The notes: generated by a model from the sequence alone, not told the origin. A stretch of 64,000 bases of DNA from Octopus vulgaris (GCA_951406725.2 OX597838.1:13082001-13146000), one strand, 5' to 3'. Positions 26,411 to 39,913 are shown, counted from the first letter of the stretch. A program made the numbers and translations.

Positions 26411-27229
26411 AGATACACTTGTATGTATATACACTGGGTCTATGCATACACACTGGGTATAAATATTTTTTAAAAAAGAACAAAAGTATTTAGTAAAAAC
26501 GTAATGTGTGAGGTTTGTGTACACAATGTGTGTGTGTGTGGTAAATAGGTTTACAATGCGTGTATGTGTGTATGTGTTATGCAGACTTATGTTCAAAGTT
26601 TTGTTTCACAGATACTCTTTAAGAACAAACACGAACACATCCATGTATATGCACTTACACATGCACACTCTTTAAAACATTGGCACATTGGCGCATTTAT
26701 ACAGGCACACTCTTTGATACACATGCACTTAGATATACAACATACATCATATGCACACTGAGACATACCCACATACTACACCATAACCGGTTGGTCATGA
26801 GCCTTCACTAAGGCATACCTATTTCTTTACTGCCCACAAGGGGCCAAACACAGAGAGGACAAACAAGGACAGACAAACGGATTAAGTCGATTAAATCGAC
26901 CCCAGTGCGTAACTGGTACTTATTTAATCGACCCCGAAAGGATGAAAGGCAAAGTCGACCTCGGCGGAATTTGAACTCAGAATGTAACCGCAGAAGAAAT
27001 ACTGCTAAGCATTTCGTCCGGCATGCTAACGATTCTGCCAGCACGACCCCAAGCAGTGTCTGGGGATGCTCAAGTATTGTGCCTCAGTAACACTAGCCAC
27101 TAATATGAAGATTTTACACACACACACATATGCATCTACACACATACATATTCACACTGACTGATACACCTATCAATGTAAATTGGAAGCTAATATTTTA
27201 AACTATCTCTGCTGTTTGTACCTCTAAAC

Positions 27230-27449
27230 CAGTGGTTTTCAACCAGGGTTCTGTGGAACCTTAGTGTTCCGCCAGTACAGTCCAGGGGTTCCACAAGAAG
27301 TTACAAAACTGCTAAAATCGGCAGTAATTTTTATTTCTCCTGTGCAGATATGTGTGCATAAGACTATTAAATTATTGCACAGGGGTTCCTCGAGCCAGTG
27401 GAATGTTTCCTTGGGGTTCCGCTCCAGCAAAAAGTTTGAAAAGGCACTG
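27230..27449. mobile_element. hAT (Charlie-like) MITE
   Basis: TIRs CAGTGGTTTTCAA / TTGAAAAGGCACTG and an 8-bp TSD CTCTAAAC / CTCTAAGC. Confidence 0.8.
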
Positions 27450-27756
27450 CTCTAAGCAGACACCATTATAAGCCTTTTTAAATAGTTCTCTAAGTGAAGA
27501 CAAAGATTTTTGAGTAGTAACAAAAATAGACAAAGAATTAATTGAAGTGTAACAGAGAGGAATTTCTTGAGGTGAAATTCAAGATGTGCTCCAACCAGGA
27601 TTAAATCCACCATGAAGTTCTTAAGATCATTCAGAAGTTGTTTTCAATGATGTATGTCTTTGTATGTGTTTGGTCAACCATACCTATACATATATAAATG
27701 GATCAGGTAAAAATGGATGGACAACTGGTCTGAGGAATCCCTCAAAATATACATTA

Positions 27757-28166
27757 CTAACAGCTAAGCCCGGTTTCACCCGGTCTGTTTGGATGATGTG
27801 GCTGTGATCGTGTTTGGTTAGGCATAATCTATAAGAGCCTTTCTCAACCTTATCATTTTGGGTCCCCTGTTTCGATTGGAGCATCCAGCTGTATGAACAT
27901 TTCCTGACCCCACCCCGTCAGAAAACAGCTTCTAAGCAACTGGTTGTTTTAATGGCAGAAGAAAGATGGAAATTCCATTAGAAAAGTTTTAATCGATTTT
28001 CTCTGTAAGTATGGGGGCTAGGAAAAAAATACAAACTGCTTTCTAATCTATGCACCCGTCTCCACATGTGTGCCATTTTTCATGTGAATCCACCCAGCCA
28101 TTTGGCTGTGAACCTCAAGACAAGAAAGAATACAACGATCGCCCAATGTCCAATTTATATTATAGA
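27757..28166 (-). mobile_element. Non-autonomous Helitron-like element
   Basis: Minus strand starts A|TC and ends with the hairpin ccgg-gtgaaa-ccgg shortly before TTAG|T. No TSD. Confidence 0.55.
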
Positions 28167-28855
28167 TTAGGAACTGAGACACCAGTATTGTTTTTGGTAG
28201 ATGTCTTTATGTTATTTGATGTTGCTGCAAATGTAAATTCTGCAATTTGTTCCAACATTCTATGATTTTGAAGTATTGAGGGGAAAATCTGCATCCACTG
28301 CAAAAGAACGGTGCAACAGAATACGATTGTTGTCTGTTTTGAACCAGTTTCCATACTCTTTCCAAAGTCATTCATCACTTTCCTTTCTATCTCTCTCTCT
28401 CTATGTCTTCTCTCATATGTGTGTGTGTATGACATTTTCTATCCCTCTTTATTTCACTTGTCTAGATAGGTAGACAGACAAAGAAAGAAAAATAGAAAGA
28501 GACAGTGAGGGAGGAGGAGGAGAGAAAGACAGTTTGACGTCATGCAACTGTAACACTCCCACCATCACCACCAATCTCTCTTCTCTCTCTCTATGTTCCT
28601 CACTTTTATTCTCTCTCTCTCTATGTTCCTCTCTTTTACTCTCTCTCTTCCTCTCTTTTCTCTCTCTCTCTATGTTCCTCTCTTTTACTCTCTCTGTTCC
28701 TCTCTTTTATTCTCTCTCTTTTATTCTCTCTCTCTCTGTTCCTCTCTTTTACTCTCTCTGTTCCTCTCTCTCTCTCTCTGTTCCTCTCTTTTATTCTCTC
28801 TCTCTCTCTCTGTTCCTCTCTTTTATTCTCTCTCTCTCTCTCTGTTCCTCTCTTT

Positions 28856-28897
<42 letters not shown>

Positions 28898-29329
28898 GTT
28901 CCTCTCTTCCTATTCTCTCTTCTCTCTCTCTCTCTCTCATTGTAGTGGTGTTTAGAGTGAATGAAATTTCTGTAGAAGTGAGAGCCAGAAGAGTTTGGTG
29001 TTTTGACATTCCTGACAAACTGGAATGGTAATAATATATATTTAAACAGGATGTATCTGTTGAAGAAGCTGGAAACACAGAAATGCTTGCACACACACAC
29101 ACACACACACACACATTTCATGCCCATCCAGTCAATGCTAGCATGAAAAATAGATGTGAAAATGATTTTATATGTATGTGTTTTTATGTGGCCATCCATC
29201 AAATACACAAACATATTGCATGTGATATACATTGTACCCTTCACATTTATGTAACATATATGGAATGTGTGTTATATGTAATATGTGTGTGTATTTATGC
29301 ATGGACGGATGGATGGTTATGTAAACATG

Positions 29330-29369
<40 letters not shown>

Positions 29370-29479
29370 AGATAAGAAAATGGAGAATGCATTTACAACC
29401 CCTATCTCAATTTGTATATATATATATATAATATATATATATATGTGTGCGTGTGTGTGTGTGTGTATATGTGTGTGTA

Positions 29480-29576
<97 letters not shown>

Positions 29577-29852
29577 AGCAAATTCCAGTTTTAAAGAATT
29601 TCAGTCATTAGGATTCTTTAATTCTGTCATATTGTTAATACTTTTGTTTTACACACACACACACACATGTATACACACACACACATACCACATGTTTATA
29701 CATTGGTATACAAACACTTATAATAAGCATTGTACCTATAGAGATAAGTAATACATTTAATACATCTGTTCATTTCTCATTCATCTTCACGTTTAAGTTA
29801 AAAAAATTATTAGACCAATAATTATTAGGTGAAAAGGTTATTATATTATATT

Positions 29853-30130
29853 AACGTAAAGTATACTAGCCATCCCAATATGGCTAACCACTAATACCTC
29901 GAAACTGCAGTCCATGCGTGACACTTAGGTTTACGAGAGAGGGATGACCTCCCTTTGCAAATACCATAAGCGCACAGAAAGTGCGCCTAAAGCCAGCTGG
30001 AGACAATGATCTCCTGGGGCTACAAGCTACAGTAACACCCACCCTTAGTGGTTAGCCATATTGAGATGGCTAGTATACTTTACGTTGTCCAGCAGTTACT
30101 GTTTACGTCTCGTCCAGAAATTTATTATTG
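29853..30130 (+). mobile_element. Fold-back element: 42-bp inverted arm, structured body, tail
   Basis: 29853-29894 pairs with 30045-30086. The body starts with GAAAC-TGCA-GTC at 29901-29912 (hammerhead 3' half). Flanked by ttatattatatta repeats. Confidence 0.65.
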
Positions 30131-31541
30131 ATTATATTATATTATTCTTGTGAAAAGCTAGTGAAACAAACAAAACAAAGAAACCTTGTAGATTTTATAA
30201 TCCGTTCACATGGTCAGCTTATTGCTGACTTTGTCTTTCTAAGGTTGGTCTTTGTTCCACCCTCAAATTTGCATGAAACAAAGCAAGTTAACAATAGATC
30301 GCTGCCACCTGAAGGAACAAACATTTGTTGATCATGAAATCGATATCTGAAGAGATACATGTCTATACACAGTGCCATTTACCATGATTCTGCATAGCAT
30401 TTAACCGAGAGGAGATGTTTATGTTTAAGCCATAATTAAAGGTGCCAATTATCAGATGTGTTAAAATGTTATTTTCACATATAGGCACAGGAGTGGCTGT
30501 GTGGTAAGTAGCTTGTTTACCAACCACATGGTTCCGGGTTCAAGTCCCACTGCGTGGCACCTCGGGCAAGTGTCTTCTACTATAGCCTCGGGCCGACCAA
30601 AGCCTTGTGAGGGGATTTGGTAGATGGAAACTGAAAGAAGCCCGTCGTATATATGTATATATATATGTATATATATGTATAGAAATTAAATATATATGCA
30701 TGTGTGTGTCTGTGTTTGTCCCCCTAGCATTGCTTGACAAAGGACAGGATGCCACACGAATATAAACAAGAAACAAAAATAGAAATAAAAACAGAATAGT
30801 AATAACAGGACAAACAGCTATGCGTGTGTTGTTTGTGTGTCGGTTTGTCCCCCAGCCGATGCTGGTGTGTTTATGTCCCCGTTACTTAGCGGTTCGGCAA
30901 AAGAGACCGATAGAATAAGTACTGGGCTTACAAAAGAATAAGTCCCGGGGTCGAGTTGCTCGATTAAAGTCGGTGCTCCAGCATGGCCACAGTCAAAATG
31001 ACTGAAACAAGTAAAAAAGTAAAAGAGTATATTAGATCGTTAAGAAGAAACAGTTGTATTCGTTATTGAACCAACATCCATGGTAGGTGTATTCATTTAC
31101 TCATCCGCATCCAGAGCATTCAAAATTCCATCTGGCCATCGTATATCACATTCAGTTCCAAAGATATTTGTATTGCCTGGCCTCGTCTCTTAGATCATTC
31201 CATTAGTAGTACTGTTTATTATTTTTTTTTTTTTTCCCCTGTATTTCTGGGCAATCAGTCCCTTTATATAATCTGTACATATAAATATTTTTTAATCTAG
31301 GTTTCATAATTACAGACAAGAAAAATAGAACTCAAAACAGGAGTATATATATATATATATATATTTTTTTATTTTTAATCCGCAGAAATTACTACTCAAG
31401 GACCAAGAGCTTCACATGTGGCACTTAACAAATTAGTTTCAAACCAAATGGATAAATGCCATGTATGGAATTCTCAGTCCTTGAGCCATTTTGTACTTTC
31501 TGTTGATTAAACAATAATTAAAAAAAAATAATTACTATATA

Positions 31542-31863
31542 CCATATTTACTCATGTATAAGTCGCACTATGTTTAACTTGATTTTACCTGAAAAATCCG
31601 GGATGTGACTTAAATACACAGGGCAAAGTTTGAAAATGAAGGGGAAAAAAATTGTACCTAGATTTAACACAAAATTAGGGTTTGCAACTTATACCTGGGG
31701 CAAAGCTGATATGAAGTCTGAAATGATAGGAAAAAAAAATTTTTTTATATCACTAAATTAGAGGTGTGATTTATACATAAGTGTGGCCCACGCACAAGTG
31801 CAACTCATGCACAAGTGTGACTTGTACTTGTACCGAGTGCGACTCATACATGGGTAACTATGG
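31542..31863. mobile_element. Decayed Tc1/mariner (pogo-like) MITE
   Basis: TA|CCATATTTACTCATGTATAAGTCGCAC ... GTGCGACTCATACATGGGTAACTATGG form imperfect TIRs. Internal sub-repeats are present. Confidence 0.6.
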
Positions 31864-32014
31864 TGTATTTATTTCATTTGGATTTTTATTTATTTTTTTT
31901 CTCTTTTTTTCCCCTTTTATTTTAAATTTATTTTAAAACTCCCTTCGTTCCACCCATCTCCATCCATTCTGTTGTAATATATAATGCAGCCTCTGTTGCT
32001 TTGTTACTATGCAG

Positions 32015-32251
32015 TGCGTCTGTGGGTGCGCTACCCCCACTCAATGTTACTCTACCACCACTCACTAAGGCCTATGGAGAACCGATCACACCGCCATTCC
32101 CTGTGCCCCCTACGGGACCAGGCAACTTCTATGAGGATGCCCTCTATGATGACCCACAGGAGTTTAAATCTTCCGCCAACACCACCGTCGTCACCGGCAG
32201 CAGCAGTTCGGCGTCCAGCAGCAACGCTGGCGCACAGATGATGTCAAACAG
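32015..32251 (+). CDS. PXN: Candidate paxillin cassette exon A (237 nt; ASVGALPPL...YGEP...FYEDALYDDPQ...QMMSN)
   Basis: GC-rich coding-like island. Acceptor tatgcag|T, donor AG|gttggg. Phase 2/2, length divisible by 3, in frame with 19328-19523. Confidence 0.72.
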
Positions 32252-32344
32252 GTTGGGTAACTTAGTACACCTTTCCCCCTACAGTCACCCCCACCCCCAC
32301 CCGGTCATCTCCTCTGCCAACTTTCGAAAAGCATAAATCTAAAC

Positions 32345-32699
32345 ATGTGCATGCACACAGATATATATACATTTACACACACGTACACGCATATATACAA
32401 ACACATACATGCATATATACATACACACACACACACATATACAACATACACACACACACATTTATATATATACACACACATGCACACACACACACACACA
32501 CACATATATGTGTGTGTGTGTGTATATGTACATACACATATGCTACATATACACATGCACATATATATGTACATATATACACACACACACATATACAACA
32601 TATACACACATATAAATATAAATACACATGCACATATATTTATACATGTACATACATATACACACACATATGCTACATATACACATGCACATATATATG

Positions 32700-32731
<32 letters not shown>

Positions 32732-32849
32732 CATACAACATGCACACACACACACATATATATTTATATACATGCACATATATATATATGTACATACACA
32801 CACACACATATGCTACATATACACATGCACATATACATGTACATACACT

Positions 32850-32880
<31 letters not shown>

Positions 32881-32905
32881 TTATACATACACATTCAGAC
32901 ACACA
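32345..32905. repeat. (CA)/(TA) compound microsatellite with a recurring catatgctacatatacacatgcacat unit
   Basis: Directly visible. Confidence 0.9.
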
Positions 32906-35055
32906 TGTTCATGCTACGACCCTGGTTTACCCTCCTTAATTTTTTAACTCCCTCCACCTATACCCCCCTTTCATTTTACACAATTAACAACAAATCCATT
33001 TTTGCATCAGCCACTACCACCACCACCACCACCACCGCTGTCCATTCCCCCCCCCAGCACACCCTACCCTTGCTCTTGCATTACATTGCCATCATCTGCG
33101 AATTGGCTACTTTAGATTATCATCCTTGCGTCTGTCTGATATAGGCTTTCTTTACGTACTATACTCTGTAGCTGATCTTTAGATGTCTCTAGAGCAATCT
33201 ATGCGCCACAGCTTGTGGACGCATTACCATCTTGCATCCAGTTCTAGTGGTATGAGGGCTGTAGACTTTTAGTTTGTCTTGGTATTCAGCTGGTAATTTT
33301 GTATGTTTACCTTCTTTCTAGTTATTTAGTATACTCAGCTAGTTCATAAACGTGGATATGCTATAAAGCTGCATTGTACAAGCAAATGATAATAATAATA
33401 ATAATAGTAATAGTAATCATAATAATAATAATAATAATATGGGAATGCACACAATGCCCTTCTCTGCCCTAGGTGTATGGAAAACACTCGGCGAGACAGG
33501 GAAGAAAATTTGAAGAAAGAAGGAAAAAATAATAATAATAATAATGGTTTCAAATTTTGCCACAAGGCCAGCAGTTTCAGGGGAAGTGGTAAGTTGGTTA
33601 TATTGACACCCCCAGTGCTCAGTTGGTACTTATTGGTTGTGAAAAGATGAAAGGTAAAATCGATCTTGGAACTTGGTAGACTTTTTCACTCAGGATGTAA
33701 AGCTGGGAGACGTGATGCTGAGCATCTTTGTCTGATATGCTGATGAGTCTGCCAGCTTTCACCTTAATAATAATAATAATAATATTGACAACAGTAGTCA
33801 TAATATGAAATGAAGGAGAGGATGAGGGTGACAACGAGGACGAGGACGATGATGATAAAAGAGTTAATAATAGATTTCAAAGGATGACAGTATTTCCGTA
33901 TGAAATGGGAAAAAAGCATCCAAATGTAAAAACTGTGCAAACAACAACCCAGAATGCAATGGTTGGAAACAGGAAGCAATTCCCTGTAGTAATATCTATT
34001 TCTTTACTGCCCACGAGGGGCTAAACATAGAGGGGACAAACAAGGACAGACAAAGGGATTAAGTCGATTACATCGACCCCAGTGTGAAACTTGTACTTTA
34101 TTTATCGACCCCCAAAAGGATGAAAGGCAAAGTCGACCTCGGCGGAATTTTAACTCAGAACGTAGCTACAGACGAAATACTGCAAAGCATTTCGCCCGGT
34201 GTGCTAACGTTTCTGCCAGCTCGCCGCCTTGGGGAATGGTAGTAATATGTCTTGGGGAATGGTAGTGAGAGGTGGCCTTGCACCACTAACAAGAACGAAA
34301 CAATAATTTGAAGAGCATCACCACCATCACCAACAATGAAAGAACAATGTGAAGAATATGAAGGAAGGAAATGAAAAAAATATTTGGAACCCTATATAAG
34401 GTGATGGTTGGGGCTCCAGGAGGGTTAGTTTTTTGGGGTTGTTTACAAAATAATTTAAATTATATTTTTGCTATTATATTTTAAGTCTTTCTGCTTCTAC
34501 CATTTTCTAGCTTGTTCTCATAACCTGTCTCCCCCAGCCCTCCATGGCATCTTTTTTTTTCTTTTTTTTTTCCTACTAAACAAAAATTTGACCCCAAGAG
34601 TGCAAAACCTGTGCATGGGATTGTTTCCTTGGATGTTTCTGCAAAGAGACATTTTTGGTTTGTTCTGGAATATCCTAGCTGCTGCTACTGAAAGGAAAAT
34701 TTAAAAAAAAAAAAAATAATAAAACACCCAACCCCACTCTCTCCAATGAAGCTTGTTATTAAAACCCATTTAGAAAAATAATTGCAAGTAAACAAATAAC
34801 CACAACAATAATAATAATAATAATAACAACAACAATAACTGCCTGAATATTACTAACATATCGTTTAGTTTTGGGTAAATGAAGCAACTGTAGATATTTA
34901 CCTGTTTATTGTTTTGTTTTTTGTTTGTTTTTCCTTGTTTTGTTTTTTTTTCTGTTAATAATTATAGTATATATTTCATGGATAATAATTAGATATATAT
35001 TTTGCTTTCTGTTTGTTTTTATGTTAATTAAAATGAAAGTAATGCCAGCAATACC

Positions 35056-35093
<38 letters not shown>

Positions 35094-35189
35094 TTTATGA
35101 AAGTGATCTTGGATGTTCCAGTTATGCAGAGGAATGTCCATATGGATAACATTAACGATGAGATTGTATGAGCGATGTCTTCCAAGTTG

Positions 35190-35860
35190 TAGATATTAAT
35201 GTTGTTATATAGGTGATATATTGTTTTATATGTGATATGGAAATGATATTAACATTTATACGTGGATGGTGCTACTTTTTTTGGGGTGGTGTGTGAATGA
35301 TATTAATACATGGGTGAAGTGACCGTTTATATGTGATTATTATTAATTATTATTAATGGTTATATGTTGGTGATATTAATATTTTCATGTATATCAGTGT
35401 TAATATATGTCTGATGCTAATGTTTATATGCAGATAATATTAATGTAAATAATATGAGTGATGTTAATGTTCACATGTGGGTAATATTAATTTTAACATG
35501 TAGCTGATAGTTATGTTCATCTGAGAGTGATATTGTTTATACATGGGTAATATTAACAGTTAATGTAGGTGTTATAAATATTAATATAATAGTAATATCA
35601 ACGTGGTGATATTTAATATGTACGTGATACTAATGTTAATCTGTGGGTAATATTAACATTTATTTAATATTAATGTTAATATGTAAATGATATTAATGTT
35701 AATATGCCACTGATATCAATGTTTATATGAGGATGATATTAATGTTTACACGGATAGTATTAACTTTAATATGCAAGTGATATAACTGTTATTATATGAA
35801 ACCACTTTGGTACCACGTATGTGATATTTGTATATGGTGATATTAGTATTGTTGTTTTAT
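35190..35860. repeat. Degenerate ~21-23-bp minisatellite (gtgatattaatgtttatat-like)
   Basis: Recurring (g/a)atattaa(t/c) motif at roughly 22-bp spacing. Confidence 0.7.
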
Positions 35861-36759
35861 GAAGGGGATATGTAATGTTTATTATATAGGGGCATATCAA
35901 ACATTATGGAAGGGATCAGTGTTAATAATTTAACCACAGTGTTTGTTTTCTTCCCCTTTTCCCCATTGTGAAAAATGGGGTGTGTGTGGGTCTTTATAAA
36001 ATCAACCAATCAATGAAAATAATTGCACCCTCTCCCCCACTTTCCTATTGGCATTATGGACCTTGTTCCTATGTTAGGGACCCTTTAAAATCCAAAAGAT
36101 GGGGAGTGGTGCGAGTAGAGGAAAATCACCTAAAACCGAATAAAAACAAAGAAAAATGTAGAAAAATTCATTTATTTTCATTTATTCATTTATTATTTTT
36201 TTTATTGATTATTAATTTTCATTGTGAGTTTGTATGTACATCCATGCATGTGTGAATTAATTTTCAATTTATATATTTCTTTAATTACTAGTAACTAATT
36301 AAATTACATTTTTGCTTCCTTTTACATAATTTGTCACTAAAATACATTTTCAAGAACTCAAATATATTTTTTGTATATTTTAAATATACAAACAAAATAT
36401 CTGTAAATATGTATATATCTTTTTTTTCTTTATATGTATATGCATATATGTTTTCACTTGTATATTTATACTTATATATATATATATTATTTTATATTTT
36501 TCAATTGCATATCTTTTACTTTTCTTTATGTTTATATATATTATTTTCTTTATATTTATATATATTATTTAATTCTTATTCCCATATCATACTTCAAAAA
36601 AAATTTTATATGTGTATATATGTATGTTGTTACTTTTATATACATATTTATATTTAGTGCATATCTTTTACTTTTTTATATTTATATATTATCTATATTT
36701 AATTCTTATTTACATTTGCAAATCATATATCATACTTTTTTTTTTGTTTATCATGTATG

Positions 36760-37242
36760 AATGAGCTACTCCACGTTGGTCACCGGAGTGATATTTGATC
36801 ACTTTATAGAGTGTTTGAGTGTCAGTTTGGTGTCTGGAATGGGATAGCTTACCTCATGGGCAGGTAGAAGCTCTTTCACCTTGGTTGGTAATATACCTAG
36901 GAGAAGGAAATCTCCACTCTCCAAAATAAAACCTGAGGCCTTGGAAGTTCCTGGTTTTGTCAATGTTCATGTCACACCAGCGAAAGTCTTCTTGGGCCAA
37001 TAGGTGGGGGTAGGGTAGTGCAGTGCAAGCTACACCCACTGAAAATTATTCATCTGCACAGGTACTTCCTGTACACCAAATCTTAGGAAAATCATTGAAT
37101 TAGTTGGTTGGTAGAACCCTAAAGAGGCACTTGAAACTTCGTCCAGAATGTCTCAAACAGTTTCAGTAAATGGCAAAAAAGGCTTGGGGATGTCAGGGGA
37201 ACAGGTCTGGCTCAGCAGGTCTCCCAGTGTATCACAGGGGGG
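36760..37242 (+). mobile_element. Possible decayed 5' UTR of an RTE-type LINE
   Basis: GC-richer island containing ctaggagaaggaaa..ctc...aaacc, a motif I associate with RTE 5' UTRs. No ORF. Confidence 0.35.
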
Positions 37243-37472
37243 ACTATATATATATAGTGTGTGCGTGTTTTGTATTTTTTGTTTTGTTTGCTTACTCTGT
37301 TGTTGTTGATGATGATGCTATTGCAATTAATATTCTTCACAAGGTAAGATTTTGAAATTATTACCACCAAGAACAATTTTGTATTTTAATATACATACAT
37401 ACATACAAACACACACACATATATATATATATATATAATTAACAGAAAACAGGTATGGTATTCACTGGTTTC

Positions 37473-37566
37473 AGAACATACACGCATTTCAGCAAACTGC
37501 TAAAATAATTGCTTTACAGTTGTAGAAAACATTATGTTATCATGCACTTTACCTCGTCAGTGTCCT
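37473..37566 (-). ncRNA. Type-I hammerhead, inverted partner of 37597-37691
   Basis: Minus strand reads aggaca-CTGACGA-ggtaaagtgc...gcagtttgct-GAAAT-gcgt-GTA-tgttct. Stem I pairing is kept despite substitutions. Confidence 0.6.
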
Positions 37567-37596
37567 GCCATAAATATTTGTATTGATATTTATTGC

Positions 37597-37691
37597 AGAA
37601 TACTGACGAGATAAAGTGCAAAATTGCATGCTGTTTGCAACAAGTGTTATGTAATTATTATGTGCATTTTGGTGAAACACATGTATGTTCT
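37597..37691 (+). ncRNA. Type-I hammerhead with extended stem II
   Basis: agaata-CTGACGA-gataaagtgca...tgcattttggt-GAAAC-acat-GTA-tgttct. Stem I is 6 bp, stem III contains the palindrome ACATGT, cleavage triplet GUA. Confidence 0.65.
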
Positions 37692-37995
37692 ATAAAGCAG
37701 TGTATAACCATACCTGGGTTTTGTTAATTATTATTTCTATTATTTGGCTCACATTCGACACTTTAGGCATTTCATGAGGTTGATGCCCCACACCATACTG
37801 CCACAGGATGTTGAAGTGGAGTGTAGAACCCCCTACTGAAACTAAGCCCTTGTTATGTGTTGCACTTCATAGTTCTTATCTTTCGCTATATATGTATATT
37901 GTATGTGTGTGTGTGTGTGTGTTTGGTTTGCTTTTGTTTTCAAAATTTCTTAATGCTTTCATTAAGATACTCCCTTATTATTATTATTATTATTG

Positions 37996-38403
37996 AGTGA
38001 AAGAGCAGTTCATGCCATCAAAGTGACACTGGGGTAAAATATACGAAGCCCAATATACCCATCATGACTACCCGTCTGATAAGGGTACACCAGGCATATT
38101 CATCACAACCATATGTGCGCGACATGGTGATCTCATACCAAGATAAACAGCACATGACCTTGCAGGTGGGGCTCAGTTAGAATTTTCTTCAGGTTGAGTA
38201 GCCCATCCCGCTCAAAAGGTCCCTGAATAAGGGTTGTTTAAGGATGTTGAAAGAACCACCCATGTTTCCAGAGGTGAATTATTCAAACCCCAAAGAATCC
38301 CTCTCAACACATGGCTATGATGCTCCCCCACTACTTCTGCTCGTGATCAGAGATGCACATATCATCAGCCACTAAGGGACATGCTCAACTGGTTAAGGTC
38401 AAA
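37996..38403. mobile_element. ~410-bp interspersed element inserted in a (TAT)n microsatellite
   Basis: Unique sequence flanked on both sides by (TAT)n. Suggests a microsatellite-targeting (R4/Dong-like) non-autonomous element; this is inference. Confidence 0.5.
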
Positions 38404-38494
<91 letters not shown>

Positions 38495-39133
38495 TATCAT
38501 TATTGTTGTTGTTTTGTATCATTAAAGCATTGGATGAAATGTCTTGTGATATTTTGTTCTGGCTTTTTCCAATTTGAGTTCAAATCCCATGAAGGCCAAC
38601 TTTGCTTTCTGTTCCTTCCAAGTTTAACAAGATAAAGTACCAGTCAAATGCTGAGGTCAACTTAATTGACCAACCTTCTCCCTCTTCAATTTATGATATT
38701 TTGCCTATGCTAGAAGCAATTATTATTATTGTCATTATTAAGATGGCAAGCAAGCAGATTTGTTAGCACACGGGCTTAGCAGTATTTCATCCGTCTTTAC
38801 GTTCTGAGTTCAAATGCCACAGAGGTCAACTTTACCTTTCATCCTTTAGGGGTTGATAAAATAGTACCAGTTGGTTACTGGGGTCGATGTAATTGACTTA
38901 TCCCCTCCCCTGAACTTGCTGACCTTGTGCCCAAATTCAAAACCATTATTTATTTATTTATTGTTATTATTTTTATTATTATTATTATTATTATTATATG
39001 TTGTTGTTATTATTTTTATTGTTGTTGTGGTGGTGGTGTTGTTGTTGTTGCTGTTGCTGTTGTTGTTGTTGTGATGTTATAGCTCACATTTTAGCACTGT
39101 CCTAGCCAAGTGACTGTCTTATTTTCTCACTAG

Positions 39134-39361
39134 GGGGCACTCTGTCCCTGATTCCCAGCGTCGCTTTGTGCATGAATCTTCACCAATACCTGTGATTGTA
39201 ATCTCCGAACCAGCCTCTGTCTCGGAGGAGACTGGCCACCGCCAGCCACCGTTGCCGTCGCCACCACTACCTATGCCACCGTCATATTCAGCGTCAGTGG
39301 GCGAGGATCCCTATGAAGACCCGCGTCAGACTGGGGCCACCACCCAGATGTCATCGACGAC
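39134..39361 (+). CDS. PXN: Candidate paxillin cassette exon B (228 nt; GHSVPDSQRRFVHESSPIPVIVISEP...PPLPSPPLPMPPSY...PYEDPR...QMSST)
   Basis: Acceptor attttctcactag|G, donor AC|gttagt. Phase 2/2, open frame, proline-rich, CpG retained. Confidence 0.72.
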
Positions 39362-39754
39362 GTTAGTACACACGGGTTCCTCTTGTCTCACTAACCGTTT
39401 CACTCGAATAACCCTTCCGGAACTCTATCTGCGCCAAAGCTGCTCTTTATTGCTACAGGTCACTTCTTGTTTACTTACTCACTGCACCTTTTTTGGGCTG
39501 AAATGTTACGTAAAATGTGTGTGTGTTTGTGTGTGTGGATGGAATTTGACTTACTACTCTGATTTTCTTGCAAAGAGTAGTCTTTTGGTCAGTTAGCAGC
39601 ATTATCTTTTTTCTTTCGTTTTCTCTCTCCCTCTTTCTTTCTCTCCCTCTTTCCTATGCACTTTACTAACTTGGTATTAACTTATTCATAGTTATATATC
39701 TTTCTGTCAATATATCTATCTATTTTCTACACACATATCTACATAACTCACTGT

Positions 39755-39871
39755 CTATCTATGTATCTGTCTGTCTCTGTCTATCTATCAGTCTATCTTT
39801 TTACCTGTCTTTCTATCTATCTACCTTTCTATCTATCTACGTTTCTGTCTATCCATCTATCTATTTACCTT

Positions 39872-39913
<42 letters not shown>

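Larger units (their letters stand above)
37436..37730. mobile_element. Diverged fold-back element next to (TA)n carrying two hammerheads
   Basis: 37436-37578 is a diverged reverse complement of 37587-37730. Confidence 0.65.

Noticed and set aside
29895-29945. Twister or HDV-like ribozyme
   Set aside because: I could not build the required pseudoknots; only a hammerhead 3' half is supported.
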